From Lingula anatina (Eukaryota; Animalia; Brachiopoda), in assembly GCA_051362555.1 (NCBI GenBank), contig CM120648.1:10660587-10724586 (forward strand): a stretch of DNA of 64,000 nucleotides, given 5' to 3'. Shown in pieces: positions 25,238 to 37,434 of this stretch (position 1 is the first letter of the stretch; every line of letters starts with the position of its first letter). Position numbers and translations under genes: made by a program. Under the pieces are notes generated by a model. The model made no database searches. It saw only the letters and a program-made list of their open reading frames with translations, and was not told the origin of the DNA.

Positions 25238-28200
25238 ATGCATCCTACGTTTAAATCGTTGGAGAAGGAGCAGCTGAAGGCCATGGAGGGACGTATAACA
25301 GGTACATGGAGAGAGAGAGAGAGAGATCGAGACTTTATTAAAAGTGGGGTAAACATGCTAAGCACTTTAGGTTAACGCTTAGTGCCCAGCGAGGAGACGG
25401 CAGGTATCATTTCTATAATGGTATGGAGGGATGGAGAAATGGATGGCGAGAGGGAGATTAAGCACTGTCGTGCATGGTTTTCATAAAGAGAGCTATCCGT
25501 TTTATATCAGTCAATTTTCATAAGCATCAAACACTGTGTCATAGATGTTGACCTTATCCCAAATACCAGTGCTTATGCTGTAGTTATCAAAATGTACACG
25601 AGGCTAGACGTGTAATGTATAATCGGGTCAGTGTCCTCATGATAATGATGATGATGGGAGACCTAGGGACCCCTTTTTTCTTTTTTTTATTCGATCAGGT
25701 AGAGCACTGGACGAGTAGATCCAAGTTACAGTATTAAAATAGAACAGCTAATACCCGTCACATCAATCATTGAACCATGATAAGTTATTAGTATACTTGA
25801 TTTATAGCCCTGAGTCAAACAATTTGTGAATTAAACAATAAAAAATAAAAACCAATCTCCCTGTCCTGTCTTCATATGCAACAATCATTTTATATTGATA
25901 TTTTTTATACATTAATAATATAATAATAATTAAAGAATAAAGGAAGAAAACAGGAGTGTGTAGGAAAGGAACTCATACCCCCTTCTTATAATTAATTAGT
26001 ACCAACGACGTCATCCACTGTGCCACCAGCTATACAATTGTCTTTTGTGTTATTGGGAATATATGATACCGTCACACATGCCGAAACTTTACGGAAATTG
26101 CCGAAGAAATGCCTTCAAAGATAGAAAAATCCCTTTTAAGAGTTATAATCAAATTCAAACTATGGCCACTATCACCAAACTGTACGCCTAAGGCTTTGCT
26201 AACCCCTGTCCGTTGTCAACAGATCGCATACAGCTTGATCAGTTTGTCAAATATAAGTGTTTTTCCTTTGCTGTACATTTACTTCCAGGCACAATCCCAT
26301 CATGGCTGCAAGGCAGTTTTTACCGAAACGGCCCAGGAAAATACGAAGTCGGTGACACAAAATATAACCACCTGTTCGATGGGCTGGCTCTCCTGCACAA
26401 GTACTCCATTCGTGACGGGAATGTCACCTACCAGAATAAGTTTCTGAAGAGCGATACCTACAAAAGGAACATGGAGGCCAATAGAATTGTCGTGGCGGGG
26501 TTAGGCACGGTTGCCCATCCAGACCCGTGCAAGACGTTGTTTCAGAGGTAAACCTGTGAGGAGTGAAAAATGTTTCGGTTCACGCTCGTTTTAGCCCTTT
26601 TCATAAATTGTTGTGATATAATTCGTTGTTAAATTGTTCGGTAAGTGCCCCAAGTTATATTTTTGTTGATAAACACCCATGTAAGCTATTTACTTGTAAC
26701 TTTTCCCTAGTCAGGCTTAAGACCCCTCAAACAAAATTACCCTATGAGTCTATGACTATATTTCCTTTTGTATATTGTATCTTCTTTTCATCTTTTTTTA
26801 AAGGTTTTTGTCATATTTCACATTCAACGATGACGTGGTAAACGACAATTGCAACGTTAACATTTACCCGGTGGGGGACCAGCTGTTTGCCTGTACGGAA
26901 ACTCATTGGTTGAGGAGAATCGACCCGGAGACGCTGGAGACTCCTGGGAGGGTAACCAACAAATTCTTAATTAAATAATAATACAGAGAAAACATGTAAA
27001 GTGCATATTTATCTTTCACGTGACCCTCCAATAAATATACTCAGGCGCTCAGTAGAATTAGGAAAAGGGAACCAAATACTGCATTGAACTATTTTTATTT
27101 CCTGCGACAACTGTCCAAAGATGCAATTTCAGTGTGAGGTCTTTGAAAAGGCTCTGACACTGGACAGCTGACCATGAGAGTCATACTGATCACGTGCATC
27201 TGACTGCAAGGCATTTAAAGCCACATGATCGCCTACGAAGACGCACGTGATTCGAGTGAGGTGACACTGTAAATCTGAACGAATCTGTACTTCAACGCCA
27301 ACCTAGCCCTTTTCATCATTCTAACGCCAGAAGAGATCGTGTTTCACTTCACATTGCTAGAAAATGACTGACCAAATTTGCAAAATCCACACTTTCAGAA
27401 CTACAGGACCAAGAGTATATACCGCTTTAATAAAATGAAATTCAATCAGTTTTGAAATGCATATGATGTACTTGCACAGGTAGCTACATGTTCCAGGGCC
27501 GTAGCCTGAGCAAAATGCCAGGGGGGGCAGTAAGCGGATACGAGGGGGTGAAGCCCCTGAGGGGGGGGGGAGGGGTTGCCCCCCCTCCCACGGTGTGGAA
27601 AAAATTTAAAAACTGTATGTATAATACTGCATTCTGGTGCATTTTAATTGTTATTTATTGCTCAATCAGAAGTCAGAAATTGTGGGTTCATTTTGCATTT
27701 GCGATTATTTCTTTTGCACCTCAAATCCCAGGGGGGGCAGCTGGCCCCCCTGCCCCCCCCCCGGAGGCTACGGCCCTGTGTTCCCTACAAATTGATACAC
27801 AACAAACATTGCTGTTTACAAACTATGTAGATAATTTAAAATGTGAGCTATCGGAAAGTTATGCACCAGATTGGATGTTATCTGGGGGTAATTCACCTAT
27901 TACACATTCATTGATAGATATCTGATCATAGAATGCATATTGCAGGTCAATATTTCCCAAATCGTGGCCACCAACAACGCCACTGCCCACCCCCACTACG
28001 ACAGAGACGGCAGTGTTTACAATATCGGAACCTGCTTCAGGGGAAGACCAAAGTTAACGGTGGTACGATGGAAACCAGACCCTCAAGGTTTGAACACTCT
28101 AAAAATGTTGCTCTAAATATGGATAATAAGCGAGAGCTTTTATGTCATACTTTGGTCCACAAGCCCGACCAGATTTCACCATAGCACAGATTTCAGAATA

Positions 28201-31200
28201 ATTATGTTATGTTTACCGCCGTTCTGTGGTATTATGAAAATCTTATATTTCTCCGTGCTGTTTACAATGTTTTATTGCAGATCCTTGAATCTCATATTTT
28301 GAATTTCTCTAATGCACTCATGTATTGTAGAATATCACATGAAGAGGTGTTATCGCTTTTAGCACCATTTGAAATTTACTGCATAATCTCATGTTTACAT
28401 GCAGGGAAGACCCATCAGATCCAGAATGCTGAGTTGGTGGCAATCATAGAAAACCCGTACTACGTGTCCTATACTTATTGCCACAGCTTCGGTCTCACGG
28501 AGAAGTACATAGTGGTCATAGAGCAACCGTTGTTCATCAACATTCTCTCCATACTGACCTCTAAGATACGGGGAGTTCCCTTCTCTGATTGTTTTTATTG
28601 GGACAAGAATTGCAAGGTAAAAAGAAAATATTACATACTATAATATGTACATGTGCCATGCTGTCCAATATGCCATCGGTCTGAGTGATGGGTGTGATTC
28701 TTCTCTCCGGCTGCGTAAAATGCCAAACAAATGCCAATTCGCTGCCATCAGTGACTTCATTTTATGTATGTGTTTTCCAAGCGGCAAAAAGTCCATGTAT
28801 AAGTATAGAAGTACATGTACATTATTCGTTTTTTTTTACTTAACGTTTGAATGAAGACCATTTTGGCAGTTGTTTGGATTCCTTTCCCACCATGATCTTT
28901 TGATGGTGGGACTGTGAAATTTTTGCTCAGACCATGAACCTACTTGGTTTTCTTTAAAAGGAAAATGCATTAATATAATAGATATAAGTATTGCGGGAAG
29001 CACTTACCAGTTTAGGACCTGCATTATTAAACATTACAACCACTTTTTTCAGACTGTGTTCCACATCATCGACAAGAAGACAGGAGAGACAATTAACCCT
29101 GGTTACAACTATGTTGGGGACCCACTCCTAGTCTTCCATCACATCAACGCTTATGAGGACAACGGTGCGTGAGTGTTCTTCCTCGCGTATGCGTGGATTA
29201 AATGTTACCCATGAAGCGAGCATGGATTCCGTATGACGCAGATAAACTACTTTTAGTAGTTTCTTTTATGACTCAAATAAAGTTGACATCCAAGGCATAA
29301 ACCAAGCTTTTAGCTCGGTGAACCAAAATAAGCTTTAAAAACGGTAGCAATTTCAAATATCTGGTCGTTATTTTACCCATATTGTCCGCCCTACAGTTTG
29401 TAAAAGCCAGCCGAACGACGTGGTAGTGTGTGGGACAATACTGCTGCGTGTGCAGTAGCATGAATATTCAAATAAGGCGAGGGAAACAACCTGGAGCTAT
29501 AAATCAGAAAATATCTGTTCAAATGCCGTGTTTCAGGAAGTGCAGTGGCATTTCTCTAAATTTCGGTTGGGTTACGTTCGAGGGTTTTTCAACATATGTA
29601 ACTTTAAGGGGAGCTTTATTTGGTTAATTGTTAAACATAAACACGGGTGAATTTCGATCGTGAATACACAAATAGGAAAAGTGGGCCTTGATATTGGGTT
29701 GAAGCTAGTAGATCATTGCTCAGCTGACTGAATTATTATTTTCAGGTCACGTGGTTCTTGACATATGCTCGGGGGAAGATGGTTCAGTTTTTCGAACCAT
29801 AACACGAGATAATATCGACAAACAGAGATTTGGCGGGACTTCGGCAGTTCGACCAAGGCGCTTTGTGCTTCCTCTGAATATATGTCAAGATGTAGGTTTT
29901 TTTACCGGTTGTTTTGCCAATTATTTATGAATAAATTTTAGAGAAAAAAGAAAGCGAAATGGGCAGCAAAGAGTGACAGAATTACAGAGTTATCTTCGCT
30001 TTATACGAGAAAAATGACTTTGTCCTTTTCACAATATTTTTGGTAAAAACCAACTACAGATAAATTTGTATGACGTTCCTTGCATATGTGTTAATTTAAA
30101 CTAAAAGGGATATTGAAATTGATACTGATGCCATAGTGATTGAAAGACAGCAGTGTTATTATAACAATTCCCTTTTTTAACAGGTGGTTGGCGGTAACCT
30201 AGTTACGCTTTCTGGTACAACATCCACAGCCACCTTGTTGTCTAGCAACGAGATATATTGCAAGGAAGAATTTCTTGGAGACTTGTGTAAGTAAAATGCA
30301 ATCATGTCTTGTGTAAGACATGACAGACTAAAATTCTATCCAGACAGGAGTTTGAGAAAATTTAAATTATGTCCCACTGACACAGCGCTGCGACGTTTCC
30401 AGTACTAAAATAACCAGATTTTATTAACTTGACCTCGCAATATTTGTTCTTTCTCTGCTTTTGCCGCCCGTTGAAACCATCTTAAACAACTGGGCTAGCG
30501 ACCGCTTTGAGAATAATTTTAAAGCTACTATTGCCGTTGATAGCAGTGAGTCGCCCTGTTGTTGTAATGTGGTGTCCAAGTGAACTGTATTTTATCCAAT
30601 CTACATTTATCATGAATTATGTTTCAGGCTCAGAATTCCCCACAGTGAACTATGACCAAAGGAATGGTGTAAAATACCGGTACATGTACAGTGTAACTTT
30701 CAGCGACACTGGGGAGTTTGGTCATGGGGTAGGTCACTATTGAAGCGGTTAAAACCCTAAGGCATTATGACACAGGCTTATACCTGTCACAGTATGACAT
30801 GGAGCACACCTAACGCACTGTGAAACAAAACCACACAAAACACATTGTGACACGAATAACATAGCAAACTTTGTGGCACACCGTCAAGCCTTAGAGATCA
30901 TTCCCATGACATTATCATACCATCAGTATCGGTCTATTTCCAAGGGGATTCTCGCTAAATTCCATTCAGTTTAAGCGTGCTCGACAGTTAATTACCCCTA
31001 GCAGCTTTAGTCGGTATGACAGAATTTAAGCAGCTTAAACTGAATGCAATTTATAGCGAGAATCTCCTCGGAGTTAGGTCGATCATACTGGTACAATAGG
31101 TTTTATGGGGACCCAGTCTTACAAAAGACACTACTGACTCTCAATTACAGCGCTTCCTTAACATCTGAACGTACTTCAAAATGTGCTATGTATTACACCA

Positions 31201-32154
31201 TTCATTTTTGTAATTTCATTATATATTATCCTCTATATAATTCCATTTAAAATTGTTTTAAAACTTGTACATAGCCCAACACATCACCACATTGTATTTT
31301 TCTTGATTCACTTTTCAGTTGGTAAAGACAGATGTTCAAACAAAGACCACCCAGGAGTGGACAGAGGAAGGTTGCTGCTTTACAGAACCCTGGTTTGTGC
31401 CTTCACCAAATAGTGACGGAGAAGATGATGGTAAGACAGGGCGAACTCAGCGGGCAGCTGTCACACCAAATATTGCTGTAGTGTAAACTTCAAACTGCCA
31501 CACGTTATCACAATCACACATTATCACAATTGTTCCAGTACTTAAAACCTATCATACATATTACAGTTTCAAAACCCGCCTGGACGGGATATTGATTCAC
31601 GGGTCTTTAATTGTGCCATTGAAATATTATGAAACATTTAACTCATGGGTTGATTTGCGAGTTTCTGTGCCATTGAGATATTATTTAACATTTAACCAAA
31701 GGGCATCTGTATTATAATTATCGTGCAACACACATTTCCAGCGACATTAGGCATGGTAACAGCATGCGAATATATTAAGTAAAGAATGGGAAATCAACAA
31801 ACGTCAGTAACGTACAGGTGGTATGAGTATAACAATAATGATGTGGGTTTCTAAAGAGACATTTAATATTCTGAGTAATTTTTGGGTATTAGAATAAATC
31901 ATAGCAGAATAAAATATTTTAAAAAGTCGCTGTTACTATAGTTGGTGTAGCTCGACTTCAATGCATTCTTGCTTGCTTTTGTAGGTGTTATATTATCGGC
32001 CGTCCATAATGCCCAGATGAAAACATACCTGCTTGTCTTGGACGCCAAGACCTTCACTGAGCTGGGACGAGCAGAGTTTGATGTGGCGCCACCTACGGGT
32101 TTTCATGGACGTTTTCTTAACAGCGACTTGATTCATGGTTTGGAAAAAGAGTAA
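25238..32154 (+). CDS. Carotenoid cleavage oxygenase (BCO1/BCO2/RPE65/NinaB family) copy 2, 11 exons, 522 aa
   Basis: Exons 25238-25301, 26289-26547, 26804-26951, 27946-28087, 28405-28616, 29053-29164, 29746-29891, 30184-30286, 30628-30728, 31319-31430 and 31985-32154 total 1569 nt, all GT-AG and in phase. Motifs RNGPG, HLFDG and PDPCK are present, as are four Fe-ligand His ([23 protein letters not shown]). Subfamily cannot be resolved by eye. Confidence 0.95.
27494..27778. mobile_element. MITE with TIR CAGGGCCGTAGCC and 5-bp TSD TGTTC, in BCO copy 2 intron 3
   Basis: Perfect 13-bp TIR; shared with copy 3 (49619-49897); empty site in copy 1 (~12527). Confidence 0.88.
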
Positions 32155-32757
32155 TATAAACAATAATGGCAATTCAAGCAATTTTGTTAAAGTAATGTGG
32201 ATTTGATGAAAGGCTTCGGAAAGGACAAATTAAAAAAAAAAAAGAACTGAGCTGATTTAAGGATTCAAAGAGAACTTTTTGGGGAAAAGAGATAGGAGAA
32301 CAGATTTCAAAAAAGGACACAGTTGGAACCTTCCTGGAAAGCTTATCTACGAAACCATTTTTTTATATAAAATAAGTACATTTTGCAAAGTGCTTTATAG
32401 ATATTTATTATCATTTAACATAACTATAAAATATTAAATGTCAAACTTTTAAAAGCAGATTAGCCCCAGGCCAATATGAATGCTGGTACATGTGCATGTG
32501 CATGTATATGTATCCAGTTTACTTGAAGCATGTATGTATACAATCAAACAAAATATTATGCTATAAACTATATTATGTTTTAGATTGTTCATGAGCTCAC
32601 ACATAAAAAAGAGAATACATTCCAATGTGAGCTGAAAGTGCAAAGTATTCTTACAAAGCCCAGAATACCCTTAAGATATATACAATGAGAGTAAAAAATT
32701 TGGTCGAGTCAAGATGGCCTTAATACGTGATAATAAAACGATAACACAATGTTAGCA

Positions 32758-33200
32758 TTAGGGAAATAAACAGTTCACAGCATATAGCAAACGGCACACG
32801 TCACGCGTGGGTCTGCGTCTCCAATGATATTCTTCCAAACTAAATTCTATCGCATGATACCCATTGTATATAAACAGGTTGCCATAGGACAAAAACAAAA
32901 CTTGTTCCGCTGTTTGGATTTCACTGGCACCGCAGATGAATGCCTGATTCTCTAAAGGGACGCAGGACCAGCGGCCCTTCTCCACAGTCAGGTCATGTGG
33001 TGACAACCTATACCTAGGTGTAATGATTCTTTCCAACTCCTTGAAGTCCATATCAGTATAAATGTTTGAGACGGTTAGATCTTGATTCATCTCTCTGTAC
33101 AATACAGCCTTTTAATTGTGAGACACATCCTTTTCCTAAGATCATTAAGCTAATTCCCTATAATTATTGCGTTGCAAAATGTCTCTTGGGTTTTTTAATG
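32758..33200 (-). mobile_element. Degenerate LINE 3' remnant
   Basis: RYRLSPHDLTVEKGRW...FICG...EQVLF resembles the R.RLSSH.L.IE.GRW...C.C...E.H tail of CR1/L2-group RT ORFs. Confidence 0.65.
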
Positions 33201-34803
33201 CCGTTCAATTGGCAATCATTAAATACAATTATATAACTTATAAATGCACTATGTTTAGTGACCTGTAGAGCCATAAGGATTGCTTATTAAGTCATTTATA
33301 AACCTATAAATCATTTATAAAAATATATAAACACATGCCACGTTAAAAATAAATACTACTATAAACGTAAACTGCTCTATTATACCTCTTGTAGAATTGT
33401 AGGCCTCTTATATGCCAGATGCTGCACTATTTCAAATATTACTCTTGAATTTTGCACAATCGCATGTATACATTAAATTTATAAAAGTAGAAATTTAGAT
33501 AATTTAAAACGTAGCAATACGTCTACAGACTTTATAGTAATGAAATTGATATTCTGAACATTTAACATGATACATATAAGATCACATATAACAATAAATA
33601 AATGCTATGTAAAATGTATAAATATAAATATACTTAACTCAGTAAGCTTTAATTACACAATATACTAAATCATTTTTCTTTTACATTGTAAATTACGATC
33701 GAAACTTTTAAGTTTTGTTTAAAAGCTTTGCCTTAGGGAAAAACAGTATTGCTCCCATCTTCTTGATTAAAATACAATCAGTTGTTGCACAAGTAGCAGT
33801 ATATTGCAATGTATTTAGTGGAATGTTTTGCCTCTATTGTATTCCTCTTACTGCAGACAAATTATACACCATATCATGTTATAAATAACTGTCACAATTA
33901 TAAATATTTACCAAAAGCATAGAAGTTATAGTGACGGAATATATTGCAAGTGGATCATAGCGTATACTACATCAACATCAACTTTGATAAGCAAAGAGCC
34001 ATATGCATAGTGTTCAAATACCCATATATGTACCTTCTGTATTACCCTCTTACATCAATGTCTAGTATGAGGCAGGAGGTATGCCCCTTCCCTTACTCCA
34101 GAGCACATAACAATGCTTGAATAAGATGATTTACATTTTTTCTCTCACAATACTTTCAAAATACAACAAACAAATAAATAAGAGGGCATATATGCACCCT
34201 TTCATCAAAGTACTTTAGCATCGAAGAGCTCACTTGTTTTGAACGCAATTCTCCGGACATTGAACATATTATACGTTCCTATAGTTGTTTGCCCATTAAT
34301 AACATCAAGTGGTGCGAGTTCAACAAGTATATCGTATATTCTTATACGACATACTTGTTGTAAGACCAGACCTTCAAGTATAAAATATTTTTCAAATCTT
34401 AATGTGACTTAAAGATCAAGAGGTCATAGTTCTCAAGATATATGGTATCTTCTGATTTTTCACGGGTCATCACTTGTCACCGGTAAGGCGATAGCTACTG
34501 TGAAATACCCTGTAACTCTTTTGAATCTGGCGACTAAAAGAATCTCTTTCTTGCACACTCACATCTCCAAATGTCTATAATATGCCCCACGATGGCATTT
34601 TTAACTATTTCCAAAATAGCGAGTGTAATTTCTGTATAAAAATTTTGTGAAAAATAATTATAATTGTTAACGGATCCAAAAGTTATTACTTTAGGACATT
34701 TGGAGTTCATAACACTCCCAACATTTTACATTCGCAAAAATGGAACAGTTAATTTCTATACGGTTTTCCGGTCAGACCTTATGGACTACAAGGTACCATA
34801 GTT

Positions 34804-35172
34804 TCACATCTCCGTACATTCCACGGACAGCCGAGGCCTGGAGATTCCATACTCCGTCACCACAGTCAGGTACGGTGATACTTGACGAAGTGCTGCCAGA
34901 AAGTCTTGAAATGTGATGCGACTAAGACCCTCCGGCAGAGTGTCGAAGTAGGCCAAGACGTACTGCAGAAGCACAATCATTTTATGCATAGGATCGGTGA
35001 TGAAGATTATCTCATAACGCTGTGCCTCGGTCAAAATATAACGTTTACGAAGATGGTTAGCAAATGTCTGGATCTTGTTCAAGTCAAAGAGACTTGTTAT
35101 TAATGTTGCGAACATTAGAAGGATTTGCTGCTGTTCTCCTGAGATGTTGTCCCTGATGTTTGGCATAGCCAT
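34804..35172 (-). CDS. CARD-like death-fold-only protein B (122 aa), C-terminus SVECTEM
   Basis: Likely start ACAATGG at 35172, after the acceptor TTTGCAG (35209-08). Same length as protein A, ungapped, 61% identical. Confidence 0.75.
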   Translation of the reverse strand: MAMPNIRDNISGEQQQILLMFATLITSLFDLNKIQTFANHLRKRYILTEAQRYEIIFITDPMHKMIVLLQYVLAYFDTLPEGLSRITFQDFLAALRQVSPYLTVVTEYGISRPRLSVECTEM

Positions 35173-35741
35173 TGTCAGCTTTTGGGTCGACTTAGGCTGG
35201 CTATTCACTGCAAATAATAATAATAATAATAATAGAAATAAAATAATATTAATAATCATGATTGATCCTGCCAAAATAAAATGTAAAAAAAATTCAAACC
35301 AGTCGACTATTAAACTTAAATAAGATATATAATATTTTTAAATACGGTCCATGTTTAAGTAAAATGTTACTTTCCTGTTTCTTCTTCTTCTCCTTCTTTT
35401 CAATTACGTATATATTGAAGAAAATATTTTTGCCTTAATTCATCTAAAATTTTCGGTGTCGTTAGTGTCACGGTATGCGAAAGGTAGCATAGCTTCTAAC
35501 CAGTATGGGTGCATTTGATTTGTACGAAATGGATTTAATAAAGGATTATAGGTCTATTTTTTGAAGAATTGGCCCAAGGTATTAGTTTTAAGAAAAAAGC
35601 TCTTTAACATTGATTCGCCAAACATTTTCCATACCATCAGTGTGTCAAGACAGTTCACTAATACAGCGCATAACACATATAGGGCCTATTGTATATATTC
35701 TAGGCCTACATATGAATATTATCGGGGATGTGAATGGGAGT

Positions 35742-35752
35742 GGGAATTCCCC
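35742..35752. promoter_or_regulatory. NF-kB site GGGAATTCCC(C) upstream of CARD-like gene B
   Basis: Perfect palindromic kB site in the same position as in gene A; TATATAC on the - strand at 35697-35691. Confidence 0.62.
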
Positions 35753-36710
35753 TACTGCGGTAACATGATGTCACGTGACCACCTGGAAAGTTGCTATTTT
35801 TAGTACTGGTCTACAATCTTCCAAAAGTCCAGAGTGATGACTGCAAATCAGTGAGAAAATTCTCACAGATCAGGAATGTGCACAAAATAAGCCCCAACAG
35901 TCATGCCTAACCATTACAGTACAATTGTCTCCAGTATGTATGTACCTGTATGCATGTATGTCACGTAGGATATGTAGGCCCCCTACCCGGTACGTCTGTG
36001 TAATGATGCACTCCCGGAAAATGGTAAAATTTAGGTTGTTGTCAAGGACTAGGAATACAGAAAAGGTACCGATAAGTTGGTGAAGTAACAGAGACCAGAA
36101 TGGAAGCCTCACAAGGAAGTTGTAGAGTCGCATTTTGAGTAGGGTCGCATTTTGCAACTGAATGCGTTTTGCAACCTTGACACGCTGAAAGCAATTTAGG
36201 GAGAAACCCCTTGGAGATGGATCGATCCTGTTAGATCTGTCTAGGTATGGGGACCCAGTCTTATTTAATCTTGGCGTTTTTTAGGTGCTTGGCTTTGTTG
36301 TGTGCCAGTACTCACTGGCGCTCTTCTAGCTTTCTTGTGATAGTTACGGTCAAGGTCACGAGAACGTACAGTAGTGTCAATATTTGACTGCTATATTAAA
36401 ATGTTCAAATCATGTCATATTGGCAAGGAATATGAAGTTAACGGAATCAAAAGTAATTACTTTGGGACATTTGGCGTTCAAACACTTATGATATTTTAGC
36501 ACATTTATTTACAAGCACAAAATGTAATAGCTTGCTCATTTCTTAACGTATTTTCCGGTCACACCATATGTCTAATCTTTTTGGAATACCCGGCATGTTC
36601 CTACGCGCAGCCAGTTGCCATATGACTATATGTAATATTTATTTATTTTCTATAAGTTTGTTTTGTGTGTGCGTATGTGTGTGTGTAAACAATATCATAC
36701 AATAGTTAAA

Positions 36711-37014
36711 TGTAACCGAGGCACGACAAAAAATGTATTGTCCTTTTAGAAAAATCTTTATTCGTGCTATCTACACAGCCGATCACTGGTGTATCTCACT
36801 TTGAATTACGCGCCAACCGCTTTTATAGTCCAGGGTCACATGACCCACGTGACATAAAAAGGGCGCTAACACCAGTATGCATATTCATATCACATATTTA
36901 TATACAAGAGCTATTTATAATAAGGCACTTATATCAATGTACGCTACAATATACTATTACATATATATATATATTTATACCTGTGAATACATGAAATACA
37001 TGTACCCTATTACA
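36711..37014 (-). repeat. 3' LTR of element 2
   Basis: TG...CA termini; no difference seen versus 44807-45110; preceded on the - strand by TTTTGGGGGGCACA (PPT, G-tract 37019-37024). Confidence 0.95.
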
Positions 37015-37130
37015 TGTGCCCCCCAAAAATTAAATGGCGTCCCGCCATTGATTATACTGTAAAATAACTGTGGATGAGAAAATTACAAAAAAAAAAAAAA
37101 ATAATATTACAATTATAGTAAATTGACACA

Positions 37131-37360
37131 TTACCCCCATCGTATGTGAGCACTCCAAGTTCACACAGTACAAACACACAAGCAAACGCAACCTTTCTCA
37201 CAAGGTAACGCAATACTATTACTTGGGTTTATGGAGGAAAATGATTTAAATTACTCCCATCTTATGTGAGTACGCCGAGTTCACACAGTACAAACACACA
37301 AGTAAACGCAACCTTTCTCACAATAATATTACTTGGGTTTAGGGAGGAAAATAATTAAAA
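37131..37360. repeat. ~120-bp tandem duplication in the element 2 3' UTR
   Basis: ttac.cccat c.tatgtgag...tcacacagtacaaacacacaag...acctttctcacaa occurs twice, 120 bp apart. Confidence 0.85.
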
Positions 37361-37434
37361 ACAGTGCAATTGCTGTAGCATTTTTATTATCATCAATTAA
37401 CATAAATCATAAAATACAAGTTATAATTTGAATT

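Noticed and set aside
27488-27925. 145-aa ORF duplicated at 49613-50044
   Set aside because: It spans a GC-rich MITE and intron sequence, and has no protein-like features.
35173-35274. Apparent signal peptide (IILFLLLLLLLFA) on the 156-aa version of CARD-like protein B
   Set aside because: It is a translated intronic (TTA)n tract upstream of a splice acceptor conserved with gene A, which lacks the extension.
36764-36994. Identical 76-aa ORF occurring twice (also 44860-45090)
   Set aside because: It lies antisense within the LTRs and starts at GTG; the identity only reflects LTR duplication.
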